40,853 nucleotides of DNA. It comes from Lophium mytilinum (taxonomy: Eukaryota). The stretch is taken from assembly GCA_010093605.1 (NCBI GenBank), contig MU004193.1, positions 529,321 to 570,173 of the forward strand. The letters run 5' to 3'. This document shows positions 11,277-21,852 of this stretch, in pieces; position 1 is the first letter of the stretch; every line of letters starts with the position of its first letter. Made by a program: the position numbers and the translations under genes. The notes beneath the pieces were generated by a model. That model worked only from the letters and a program-made list of their open reading frames with translations, was not told the DNA's origin and searched no databases.

Positions 11277-12616
11277 AGGCCGCAAGTCTGGGCACACGAA
11301 TTACCTCCAGCTCAGCTTCAACTTGCCCACTCAACACCACTGTTAGGGGTAGCCTGGCTGCTGAGCAGGCAATCAGTCAAGAGGTAGTCTAATCTGTACT
11401 GCTGGGAATTGACATCACGCCTAGATGCCTGTAGAAATATGTTAAAAGTCTGGGTATCCTATATTAACACTGTTCGGCTTCAGTCTTTCTCGCTTCATGC
11501 CACTGGCAGGGGTAGCCCAGCTAGTCCTGAGCTAGTGAGTCAAAGAGGACTCTGATTTGTACGCCTTGGAATTGACATCGCGCCTAGATATCTGTGGAGA
11601 CATGTTACAAGTCTGGGGTCCAGGATTAATACTATTCGGCCTCAGTCTTGCTCGCTTTATACCACTGGCAGGAGTGGCCCAGCTAGTCCTGAGGTAGTGA
11701 GTTAAACAGTATTCTAATTTATACTGCCTAGAAATTAACATCGCGCCTAGATGCCTGTAGAGACATGTTACAAGTCTAGGGTCCAGGATTAATACTGTTC
11801 GGCCTCAGTCTTGCTCGCTTCATACTACTGGCAGGAGTAGCCCAGCTAGTCCTGAGCTAGTGAGCCAAACAGCACTATGATTTGTACTGCCTGGAAATTG
11901 ACATTGCGCCTAGATACCTGTAGAGTAGGTTACAAGTCTAGGCATCCTAGATTAGTACTGTTCGGCTTCATTCTTGCTCGCTCTATACCACTGGCAGGAG
12001 TGGCCCAGCTAGTCCTGACCTAGCGAGTTAAACAGCACTCTAATTTGTACTGCTTGAACCTCGATATTGACAATACTAGCTATAAGTCCGGGCGCCTGAA
12101 ATTACTACTCCTTTGCTCTGACTTTGCTTACTTGACACCACTGTTGGGGGTAGCCCGGTTGCTGCACAGCTAGTTAGTCAAGAGGTAGTCTAATATGAAT
12201 TGCTTAAAGCTTGACATCGCCCTCAAGTCTTTAAAACCTTGTGGGGGTACGCCAAGCAGTGGCATACTAGTGCGCCCAGACTTATTGCCTGGGGGTCTAA
12301 TATAGACTGCTTGAACCTCGACATTACCAGTAGTAGGCTATAAGTCCGGGTACTTGAAATTATCTCTGCTTTGCTTCAACTTTGCTTACTTAACACCACT
12401 GTTGGGGGTAGCCTGGTTGCTGCGTAGCCAGTTAGTTAAGAGAGAGTCTAATATGAACTGCTTGAACCGAGACATTGACAGGACTGGGCTATAAATGTGG
12501 GCACCTGAAACTGTCTCTGCTTTGTTCTAATTTTGCTTACTTAAAACTACTGTTAGGGGTACCCTGGTCGCTGCGCAGCCAATTAGTCAAGAGAGAGTCT
12601 GATATGAACTGCTTAG
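11277..12616. repeat. Tandem array (8 units, 150-163 bp) derived from a MITE-like element
   Basis: The unit marker AAGTC(T/C)(G/A)GG recurs at 11284, 11446, 11609, 11772, 11934, 12084, 12342 and 12493 (degenerate). 11277-~11410 and ~12195-12290 match the two ends of the reverse complement of 34191-34405. Confidence 0.9.
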
Positions 12617-12715
12617 CCAAACGTATTCCAATCCCCAAACGATATCCATCCAAATCCTCCGCGATCTCCGATTGAGGGATGCATTAGTATAAACCGTACT
12701 TACGCCTTAACATTC

Positions 12716-15700
12716 TCACAGCAACGCGGGAGTCATATCCCTCCCATCGTCGGTCTGGATATGCTCATTGTCGATGACTTCAACGCCGGTTCCCTCGTTA
12801 CCAATTACCCCGGTCTCAACCTTCTTCATATTGAACCCCCCAAGGGGCTCCCCCTCGCTTCGGACTGGCTCCGGAAGACTTCCCTCCAAATCCCTTCTCT
12901 CGGTTCGGATTGCATCGCTCTTGAGTCCTTCAACACCAACGGTCCTCGCGCGCAAGAACTTCTCAGCAAGTCTCTGCCCAGCCGTCGGGGTACCTGGGCA
13001 TTCCAACACACTGCCAACACTCCTCACACTTCCTTCCCTTTCATCGTCTTCCATAAGCCTCGCACGTTCCGGGCTTGGAGGTGGCTCGTATCTCAACGAA
13101 GACTGGCTTGGGCTCGCGTTGAGATCCCTGGTCAGCCATAATTTCGAGATCGGAGACGGCGGCATCATAGACGGCGAAGGGCTTGAGTACGGGCCCGCAA
13201 GGATCGCCTTGAGTGTCTCGCCCTCGAGCGCGCGGCCGGTAATAGGTTTGCGACGAACGTGTGAGATTGCGTGAGCTGTCGAACGTGCGACATGCTCGGA
13301 CGGCGCGCCCGGAGGAAAGACGAAGGTCCTCGTCGGACTGTATTTGCCGCGCAGATCAAAGGCAGATTTCGGACGCGATGAAACACTCGAGCTTTTGAGG
13401 TGCGGACGTGCCCGAGGAAGGGGTGGTGTGACGGGTGGCATCGAATGACGATAATTCTTCTCTTCTGCAGTAGTAGTATAGTGGGCGAGGCTAGAATGGC
13501 TGCGGTTCCATACGCATGGACGCAACGGTTGAAGAGATTGCGGTCGAGATATCCCACGAGGCGGGATACAGAGAGATTTAGCTGAAAGTCGCTGGAGCGC
13601 GTTTTCCTTTTCGCTTTCTTCCTTTTCATCCTTTCCGTCATCGGTTACTCTCGTCTTTGGCCCATAGCGGGCATCCGCGTCGCTTGGCGGGGGATCGTAC
13701 CTCGTATAGACGCGCGAATCCGGAGTTGGAGTCGCTCTCGAGGATGGCGTGTCAGCTTCCGGAGAACGTCTTGACGCATTCGTTCTTGAGTTACTACTCT
13801 GGCTACTTGTTTTGCGACCGGTCTCAATGAACGGGAATCGCTCATTCATCCGGCTGGATGGCCTCTCGTCAAGAGTCGGCCTGACTGGACGCTGCTGGCC
13901 TGTGCTTGATGGGAAGTTATTACTAGCTCGACTGGACGAACCCTCTCCGGGCGTTCCCCGACGCTGGCCTGTCTGGGTCGAGGAATGTTCCCCACTAGCT
14001 GGGCGACTCGGGCCACTTTCTGAAGACTCTCCCATTGTTGGCCGGCGCTGACGGGTCGCTGGACTTAAAAGAGTATGGGTCCCGTTCCCTGGTCCGCCAA
14101 TGGAGAAATCGGGCACATCAAGGATATCCGCGTGTTCACGGCGGTGGCCAGGATTGGTGTACCGATCCTGTATGGTAATATCCTCCTGTGGCAGGAGCTC
14201 CAGCTCCGCAACTTCTTTAGTGAGCCAGTTTTTCCAGTCCTTGCTAGACCTTGCAGAGGCGTTGACCGCACGAGGCCGGGCCTGTGGTGTGCCGAGGGTG
14301 TAGCTTTTGACCGCACCACTATTGATAATCACTGCAGTACCCCTATGATCAGCCTCGGATTTGGCAAGAGAGACTGCACTGTCGTTCATGCGTAGACTTC
14401 GATCATCACTGGCCTGTGAATAGACACTGGGGGAAAGTGGTGACAAAAGATCTCGTGGATTGAGCGGGGTGAGTGTAAAGTTTTCTTCTTGCTCTACATC
14501 TTGCTTTGGCGAAGGCGTTGGATGCTTATTGGAGTGTCGGAATGGAAAAGTTTTCCGGGCAAAGGTCGAAACAGTGTACGTACGCCTCGTGGACTTTGGG
14601 AAAAAAGGGAAATGCTCCTTGTCATCCTCTAGAGGAGTCTTCCACCTACTTTTGGATTTCTCGACTCGAGACGCAATTTGGTCAGCAGTAGGTATCATTG
14701 CGTGAGGCGGCGGACGCTGAAGTCGATTGCGCCGAGGTTTCGGGTCATCATAAGACTCATCTAAAGGGTCGTCCGAATTCGGACTAGATTCCTCGCGGAT
14801 TGGGCTGCGAGAAGAACTTCTCTCCCGGGGAATTCTGACAGCACCTCGAACGCTGGTAGTCCTGCCTGGGACCGCAGGGCCATCGAGCGGATCCGGGGTG
14901 ACTGTGCGGATAGTTCCCTTCGTAGCTTTACTCAGCCCGGAAATGCGGCTTTGGTTTGTCAATGTGACTGAGGTCGAGTGATTGCTGCCTTTGCACATTG
15001 AGTTGTTCTCATCTTCCATCTCAGAGTCTTCTTCCCCCTCTCTCAACCCATTCCGGTCCCCGCTCTCTTTCATCAAGGCTGAGAATACTCGTCCAGGATC
15101 CATTGGCGTCGGAAATTCCTCGGCTACATCGTCCATCTGCACTAGATCTCGCAATGACGAAAGTGCAGGCACAGGCGGCGGACGTCGAGTCGGCGATGGA
15201 GGCAACATTGCAGCTTCGCTCGCAATACTCCCTTTGGCTTCGTGGATAACGGAAAGGCGTTTATTAGCAGAGTTTCCAACGCTAGAGCTGTTCCAACTGG
15301 TCACTCTAGAGGCAGAAAAATTGCTCACGATGCTACTCGCTCTCGAGCCTGGACGCGCGCTGCTTTCGAGTATATCCAAAGACGATCCTTGGGTATGGGT
15401 ATAGTTGAGAGAAGTGTGGTCTGGAGTGCATGTGTCGTCGAAACTTCCATCGCCGCCGAGAGGTGGTGGTGAGACGCAGGTGCTAAAGTAATCGCGGCTA
15501 GCATCGATTTGCTGGACCGGGAGGGTGGTGGGGATAATCGAGGTTCGTCTGAAAACACGCTTGAATTTGCTCTTAAGCGTGTTAGAGAAAGATCTCTTCT
15601 CTTTCTGTGGGTCGGCGATGAGCGTTACATCCTCTACGCTAGTCATGGCCACGGGTGGTATATTGTCATAGACTACAGATCCTACAGATCTACTCGTGAT

Positions 15701-16561
15701 AGACGAAAGGCCACCCTTCTCCTTCTCTTGTCTCTTCTTGTTTTTGAAAGGGCCGAGGATGAAGGAAGGTCGCTGGCGGAGCTGACGCTTTTGGAAATCT
15801 TGAAGATATTTGTCGCGGACCTTATCTATGGTTTCGTCCCCAGATATTGTTGCAGGTAATCTGGGTGGTACAGCTGACGCACTGGACGATATGCCAAGGT
15901 CCGCCAAGAAGGACCTGCGTTGTTCAGGCACTGCACTCGCAGGTGGAGGTGTAATCAAATATTTCGCTGGAGGGCGAGGAACCGGCGATCCAGTCTGAAC
16001 ACTGCTAGCGTAATACATCGATCGTGCTTTGCGAATAGTATTCGTGGGTTCAGCTAAAGAGTTTCGATGCGTGGCAAATTGGGTCGCCGGGCGAGCAATC
16101 TCGTCGAGAGAGAGAGTAGGCTGAGCCGACGGCGTTCCCGCTGGTGTAGGATGGGCTGAGGGCGTTCCCGCCGGCGTAACACTCGCGATCCTAGGAAGTT
16201 TGGCATCGGGACCAGCAATTGAGTGCCGTGGGAAAGCCGAGATGTATCCACCTTTTGGAGACTGACAGAAGCGCAGACTCGATTCGCGTGCTGGAAAATG
16301 ACGCCCTTCGGAGTGCCGACTGGCATTGCTTTTGGTCCTAGACAAGGTGGAGGCACGCGTAGAAGCACGACTTCTCGCCCTTTCAGCGACTTCGAGCTCA
16401 TGTGCCCTTGCGTATGCTGTTGTGGCTGCAGCGAGGGCATGCTTCTGGGCAACGTCTGGATCCAACGATTCGGGCAGTGGCGGGGGGAGTCGAGTTACAG
16501 AGTTGGTGGACTTTGAGCGGCGTAGACGAGCTCCAGCGTCGCTGGACGCGCGGGCAAGCAT
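12716..16561 (-). CDS. Large Ser/Pro/Arg-rich, mostly disordered fungal protein (1281 aa)
   Basis: Single 3.8-kb ORF from ATG. Short ordered islands (MLARASSDAGARLRRSKS, IRKARSMYY, SSKDWKNWL, RMNERFPF) within low-complexity sequence. No catalytic domain recognised. Confidence 0.85.
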   Translation of the reverse strand: MLARASSDAGARLRRSKSTNSVTRLPPPLPESLDPDVAQKHALAAATTAYARAHELEVAERARSRASTRASTLSRTKSNASRHSEGRHFPARESSLRFCQSPKGGYISAFPRHSIAGPDAKLPRIASVTPAGTPSAHPTPAGTPSAQPTLSLDEIARPATQFATHRNSLAEPTNTIRKARSMYYASSVQTGSPVPRPPAKYLITPPPASAVPEQRRSFLADLGISSSASAVPPRLPATISGDETIDKVRDKYLQDFQKRQLRQRPSFILGPFKNKKRQEKEKGGLSSITSRSVGSVVYDNIPPVAMTSVEDVTLIADPQKEKRSFSNTLKSKFKRVFRRTSIIPTTLPVQQIDASRDYFSTCVSPPPLGGDGSFDDTCTPDHTSLNYTHTQGSSLDILESSARPGSRASSIVSNFSASRVTSWNSSSVGNSANKRLSVIHEAKGSIASEAAMLPPSPTRRPPPVPALSSLRDLVQMDDVAEEFPTPMDPGRVFSALMKESGDRNGLREGEEDSEMEDENNSMCKGSNHSTSVTLTNQSRISGLSKATKGTIRTVTPDPLDGPAVPGRTTSVRGAVRIPRERSSSRSPIREESSPNSDDPLDESYDDPKPRRNRLQRPPPHAMIPTADQIASRVEKSKSRWKTPLEDDKEHFPFFPKSTRRTYTVSTFARKTFPFRHSNKHPTPSPKQDVEQEENFTLTPLNPRDLLSPLSPSVYSQASDDRSLRMNDSAVSLAKSEADHRGTAVIINSGAVKSYTLGTPQARPRAVNASARSSKDWKNWLTKEVAELELLPQEDITIQDRYTNPGHRREHADILDVPDFSIGGPGNGTHTLLSPATRQRRPTMGESSESGPSRPASGEHSSTQTGQRRGTPGEGSSSRASNNFPSSTGQQRPVRPTLDERPSSRMNERFPFIETGRKTSSQSSNSRTNASRRSPEADTPSSRATPTPDSRVYTRYDPPPSDADARYGPKTRVTDDGKDEKEESEKENALQRLSAKSLCIPPRGISRPQSLQPLRPCVWNRSHSSLAHYTTTAEEKNYRHSMPPVTPPLPRARPHLKSSSVSSRPKSAFDLRGKYSPTRTFVFPPGAPSEHVARSTAHAISHVRRKPITGRALEGETLKAILAGPYSSPSPSMMPPSPISKLWLTRDLNASPSQSSLRYEPPPSPERARLMEDDEREGSVRSVGSVLECPGTPTAGQRLAEKFLRARTVGVEGLKSDAIRTERRDLEGSLPEPVRSEGEPLGGFNMKKVETGVIGNEGTGVEVIDNEHIQTDDGRDMTPALL

Positions 16562-17312
16562 TGAAACCGAGCAAACAAGATGCTAAAGGGGAAATGCTGC
16601 AGTAGAAGGCGGCTTTTCCGCCTGTGCTCGTCGTAATCACAGTTGATCAAAGCTTGGCTAAAACACCGACAAAGACTCGCAAAGAAGATAGAAGATGGGG
16701 ATCCGGCGTGGTCATGTTTTGGTGATGGATGAACACGGTACATGGAGGTAGAACAACAGACGAAAGACATGTGCCTACCTTCAATGATGCTGTTGACACT
16801 TACCTTGACTGGTTTGCTACGGGAAACTACTACTAAAGCCATACCCAGGACTTGACAAGCACCGCCTTTGGTTCAACATTCGTTTGAAGATGTGTTCAGA
16901 TAGGTTGCCTAGGTGGGCGAGACATGCCGCGCAATTGTCCGAAGGCTTGCAGACATTACCAGGTTCCAGCTGCGGGTCGGATTGTGCTCCGATGGCGTGT
17001 CTGAGCATCCCACGAAGCCTAGGAAGCAACTGCCATGTCGCTGCCGTGCTCTCGCAACGTGATGGGCTCGAATGAAGCTGCGATGGATGAAGTCAGTTAG
17101 TGGTGAGGAAGAAGGGGGATGGGACCTTTGGAAGGCAGTTGACGTCGGATCGGCGAATTCTCGGGCATCCCGCCCAGTAGGCAACCATAAGAACGACAAC
17201 TGAAGACACCTTCAATCCTTCCATTCCTCGGTCCTAAATCATCATCAATCATCGCTCCATTCACATCGCCCGTAGCTTGAGAAAGCGCAAGCGCCGGGTG
17301 TTGATACTGATC

Positions 17313-18328
17313 ATGGGAAATTCCGACAGCAAGCCCTCCGAAGAGGGACAGGAACGGCAGCCCACGCCATACGGGATATCTGCCAATTCAACGACTATCA
17401 AATTGAATCCATCGTACCGCGCATTGTACAGTGGGATGATCAGGTTTGATGAGAACACCAATGTATACTACTAATCACGTGACTAACGTTCGGCAGCATC
17501 ATCGAGAAGAACAAATACTCAGACCTTCTAGTCATTTGCGGAAGTGATCGATATCCAGTCCATAGGGCTGTTGTCTGCCCTCGTTCGACCTGGTTTGAAG
17601 ACAAATGCGAACTAGCTCTCCGCGGTCTCGATCGCTCATCACCAGCAACGCCAATGAAGATCTGGCTCGAGCCAGGCGAAGAGCCTCATATCATTGCGGC
17701 CGTTCTCACGTACCTCTACACCCTAGACTACGGCCCTGATGGACCAAATCTATCCTTCGGGCTCCCTCAGGATCAAAGCAGCATCCACTCCGAAGGCTCT
17801 ACCGCGACAGACGTTCACCTCGAATCTCCCTCCGCAGATATCGATGGCTCCGACATCTTCTCTATGATCTCCAACGATCAAGATACAGAATATGAAGAGG
17901 GCATACGAACTCCGACATTGAGCTCGCCGCTCCAACCACCAACAGCGTCTGTAGATGGATCGCCTCACTCTGCGAGCACTGACCAGACTCTCCATGGCAA
18001 TGCTGATCCAGGGACCAACCCGAATTCTCTCACTCTCCATTGCCAAATCTACCTGGCTGCTCACCGCTTCGGAGTCCCACCTCTCGCTGAGATTGCAAAG
18101 GACAAGTTCACCAAAGCACTTCGCAACAACAACTCCGCGATGGACCTCCTCCCGTGCATTCGCGAAGTGTATCGGCAGCAAAGCAACAACCCGAGCGCAT
18201 TTACTCTGAAGCAAGACGTAATCAAAGCTGCGAGGTCGAGATTCCGTAAATTGAAGGAGGAGGAGGGGTGGGAGGCACTTCTCATGGAGTTTCCGGAGTT
18301 TGCTGCTGATATGCTGAGAGGTTTGTGA
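17313..18328 (+). CDS. BTB/POZ domain protein with N-terminal myristoylation motif (putative Cullin-3 adaptor)
   Basis: ATG 17313 (MGNSDSK). Intron 17444-17496 (GTTTGA...CTAAC...CAG). Exon 2 reads KYSDLLVICGSDRYPVHRAVVCPRSTWF...VLTYLYTLDY...LHCQIYLAAHRFGVPPLAEIAKDKF...EFPEFAADML, a typical fungal BTB signature. Confidence 0.9.
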
Positions 18329-18714
18329 GAACTACGGGGCAGGCGTCAAGGGGAAACGGGACGGAGTATTACGGAGCGGTTCATCTCCACGGTACTTGAC
18401 ACGTACGGAGTTATTGGTCTTTGGCAAATGATGGCATGGTTTGAGAAAAGCCTCATCAGAGACCTATTATACGTCCATACCACCAATGTGAGCATTTCAT
18501 GATGCGTACAAGATCATGCACATAATGGAAGTACACCAAGTTGAGATAGAATACTCCTATCAAGCCATCATGTTTCTATAGCTCATCGTGAGGTATTGGG
18601 AGCCGTGGTGCGCAGTGAAAGGTGGTTGGGGGAGAAAGTCAGAAAGTGTTGAAAATTAGGGGCTTATAGCTAAAATAATTATAGTGACATAGTACAAAAG
18701 GATCAGACCTTGTA

Positions 18715-18813
18715 TGGATCAGATGGCCTATCATATCCACGTGCGGAACATGGCTGGACGCTGAGTCGAGGTTCGAGTCCCACACGGACTTCTCCTTTTT
18801 GCTTCTCTTTTTT
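18715..18813 (+). ncRNA. tRNA-like / RNA polymerase III-type element (A box, B box, oligo-T); not a canonical cloverleaf
   Basis: A-box-like TGGATCAGATGG at 18715-18726; consensus B box GGTTCGAGTCC at 18770-18780; T5 at 18796-18800 and T6 at 18808-18813. T-stem and acceptor-stem pairing are poor. Confidence 0.35.
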
Positions 18814-18873
18814 AGGCGGCTATGGATCCCCTACAATTCACTAAGCTAAAGATGTGAGAGGGCCGAACGACAA

Positions 18874-18960
18874 GTCACGTGACGGCCGGTAGCGCTTTGC
18901 AGACGTGAATTCCCGGACTGGAGCCTTACCTCGCAGAATCACTCAAGGAAGTATATAAAG
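18874..18960 (+). promoter_or_regulatory. Palindromic bHLH (Cbf1-type) site and TATA box upstream of F-box-like gene 1
   Basis: GTCACGTGAC at 18874-18883; TATATAAA at 18952-18959; ATG at 19107. Confidence 0.45.
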
Positions 18961-19011
18961 CCTAGAGGCCCCCCGTACATTCTTCTTTCGCAATACAAAC
19001 ACTCAACAAGT

Positions 19012-19053
19012 ACCACCCACCACCCACCACCCACCACCCACCACATACCACCA
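19012..19053 (+). repeat. (CCACCCA)n microsatellite in the presumed 5' UTR
   Basis: accacccaccacccaccacccaccacccaccacataccacca. Confidence 0.8.
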
Positions 19054-19106
19054 ATCCACTATCTCCTCGATCGTTTCTAGACACTAGGCTATATAGCAGG
19101 GAAGCT

Positions 19107-19894
19107 ATGACTATGGTAAGTAATGGCAACGCCTACTCCTCGAGACCCCATCTGTTTCTTTCTAAACTACTCGCTAACGCACCTCCCAGTGTCCACTTCT
19201 CGCACTCCCGCGGGAGATCCGCGACATGATCTGGGGCCTCGCTCTCCAGGAGGCCCAACTCGAGCTACCACCCCTCGAAGGTAAAGCCCAAGATTATGAC
19301 AAAGCGCTTCCCATCACCACTACCGGGAAGGCTTTCGGAGATGGTCTTCCTGCGCTTTGTCGCACTTCCAAGCAGCTCTTCGAAGAATCAACGCCGTTCT
19401 TCCTATCAAGAATAATGGTGACTTGCACAAGCGCAAGCGAGATTGAAGAACTACTACATTTCCTCGAAAAGATCCCAAACAACGAGGGCTTCAAAGCCAT
19501 TCATCAGCTGCGGCTCGGTGGTAAAGACATGTTCTGCCGATGGCAGCATCGGCAGGGCGAGAACAAGGACTTCGCCGCCCTGAAGCGATTCCCGAAGCTG
19601 GAAGATGTCTTATTCGATGTCAGGCAGTGCGGTCACGAGGAGCTGTTCTTGAGAGAAGGCGTGTGGTATTGCCGCTACGAGTCCGATCAGCCAAGGCTGA
19701 TTGAACCCACATTCGAAAAGCTGGACCTGAATGGACTTTTCGAGTGCACTTCATTGAAGGCAGTTATCATAGTCAAGACTCACCATGTCGGCCTAGTCAT
19801 CCATTGGGATGACTTTCACGATCGTATGGCGCCCTGGATTCATAAGCAATTTGCGGATAAGGGTCTGGAGGTCTCAGTCATGAAGGTAGCATAG
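19107..19894 (+). CDS. F-box-like domain protein, paralogue 1
   Basis: Micro-exon ATG ACT ATG (19107-19115); intron 19116-19189 (GTAAGT...GCTAAC...CAG); then CPLLALPREIRDMIWGLAL (F-box-like LPxEIRxxIW motif), LCRTSKQL, and an LRR-like C-terminal region. Confidence 0.85.
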
Positions 19895-20728
19895 AAGGAC
19901 TGAAAATTCTTGCGGGAATCTTACGGATTTGGTGCGTTCTGGCCTCCGAGCAAGGGCGTCTCTCGATGGAGTTGAGGTCGGCAATAGTCCCCAATTAGTG
20001 CTCGCCTAAACAGCAATGGGCCCCTAGAATATGTGAGTTTGGGCATCCACCATTGACTCTTGGCAACGTGTATGCGCATGCAGTGTTGTACCTCAAACTC
20101 GTGCATACTCGTCCAGTACAGCATAGGCTGTGCCCAAGGCGTTTCGAGAATATGGGAATTATGCATGCTTGATAAACACCACTATTAGGAGTAAATTAGG
20201 AGCTTACTAACCTGCCTACTAACAGACAGTTTGATATTCATTCTGTAAGACTATACATCGTGTTCGAGTTGCCCAAAGCTGTTCCAATGTAAAACGCCAA
20301 ACAATATCTAATGGAACAAGCGTCCGAGACAAACCGATCTGTGGTCTATATTAGATCAATCAACCTTCTCCTAGAAAAGAATATGGGTTCCTGTATTTCA
20401 GCAAAAGCGCCGTATAGAAGAGCATAAGCTATGAAATCGAGGGAATATTGGTGGAGGCCCCTAACCAAAGATCTCAAGGAAGAGGTGTCCTAAGTATCTA
20501 CGTTATTCGCCATGTAATCGAACCTTATTCTTAAGATTAGTTCACTGGACGGGGCATCTGTAGGAGATCTTACGTGAATATAAGCCCAGATTTTCCCTCT
20601 TATACTTTACATACGCTCACACACACCTTCTAAGCACCACACACCTCTCCATCAAACACACCACCCATTCCCAGCGCCTTCCTAGCTCTTTCCCACTCCA
20701 CTTTATCCCAATAGTCCATCGACTCACC

Positions 20729-21762
20729 ATGAACCCCAACGGCCAAGTACGTGCTCGCCAACTCCGCACACTCCACACTCCGCTAATCCCCTACCCCAGC
20801 CCTCCCTCCTCTCCCTCCCACGCGAGCTCCGAGACATAATCTACGACCTCGTCTTGCCCACAGAAGAGAAACCCCAAGCGGTCAGCATTCCAGGAGACGA
20901 CGGCGGACTGAGCGGTGTCTATTACGGCAAAGCCGTAGGCGAAGACCCCACCTGGACACTGAGCAATGCCGCCATCCTCGCCATTCTCAGACGCTACAGC
21001 TTTCACGCAATGAACAGCTACTTCCCCACCGCCGATCCCGCTACACCCAACACTAAAAAGAGCAAATCGGACGAAAACCCGAAGCTAGAAATCAAGCTCA
21101 CCCCCAACAGGTCCATCGCGGACCACTTCCCACCCCTATGCAACGTCTCCAAGCAGCTGCGGGAAGAGACCACATATAGTATCCTCCGCGGCCGCACCCT
21201 GGTCCTAAAGAGCGGCAGGGACATCGCCGCCTTAACCGGCTATTTCGACAGCGTGACTGACAGCGCTGCATTCGCCGCGATCCGCCACATTCACCTCGGT
21301 GGAAACAACATCGTCTACCGCTGGCTCGACCGCGGGTTCACGGATGGTCCAGGAGCTTCGAACCCCGACTTCGCGTTTCTTGCACGCTGCCCGCAGCTCG
21401 AGTCCGTCACACTTGACTTACGCACCTGTGTCTACGAACACCTTGTCGAGATGAATGCGGATGATTGGCTCGTTACCCGCGGCCCCGATAAGGCGATTGA
21501 GAAGCTGGATCTGAAGGGGCTGTTTGAGTGCCGTAGCTTGAAGGAAGTGCGCGTGCTGTATAAATGTAGGAAGTTCGAGCAATGGCAGGAGAGGCCGGAA
21601 TACCATACTCCGCGGGTCAATTGGGATAAGTATGTCCCGAGCGATTTGATGGAATGGATGCAGAAGGGATTTGCGGAGCGAGGTCTGCAGGTGGAGGTGA
21701 CGGCTGAGGCTTGGGACGAGTATGGCCCGGGAGGTTGTAGGTGCGGAGTCACCGCTGTGTAG
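20729..21762 (+). CDS. F-box-like domain protein, paralogue 2
   Basis: Exon 1 MNPNGQ (20729-20746); intron 20747-20799 (GTACGT...GCTAAT...CAG); then PSLLSLPRELRDIIYDLVLP...LCNVSKQLREE... Collinear motifs with paralogue 1. Confidence 0.85.
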
Positions 21763-21852
21763 TGGTCCATTGGCTGAAGCGCATGGCACTAGGCTGCTGG
21801 TTTTGACAGAGGCACGAGGAGATGTAGCTGGCTGCGATTCTGGCTGAGGTGC

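Noticed and set aside
11277..12616. CRISPR array or coding repeat (ankyrin/TPR/WD-like)
   Set aside because: Whole units are homologous with no unique spacers, the context is eukaryotic, periods of 163 and 151 bp break frame, and the unit matches a TIR-bounded non-coding element.
12761..16640. Numerous short ORFs antisense to or overlapping long genes (also within DOA1, 3.1-5.1 kb, the kinase and the ART)
   Set aside because: Shadow ORFs expected in GC-balanced coding DNA; no motifs or independent signals.
18708..18792. Functional canonical tRNA gene
   Set aside because: The T stem (CGAGG/CCCAC) and acceptor stem do not pair adequately, and there is no clear U33 anticodon loop. Kept only as a Pol III-like element.
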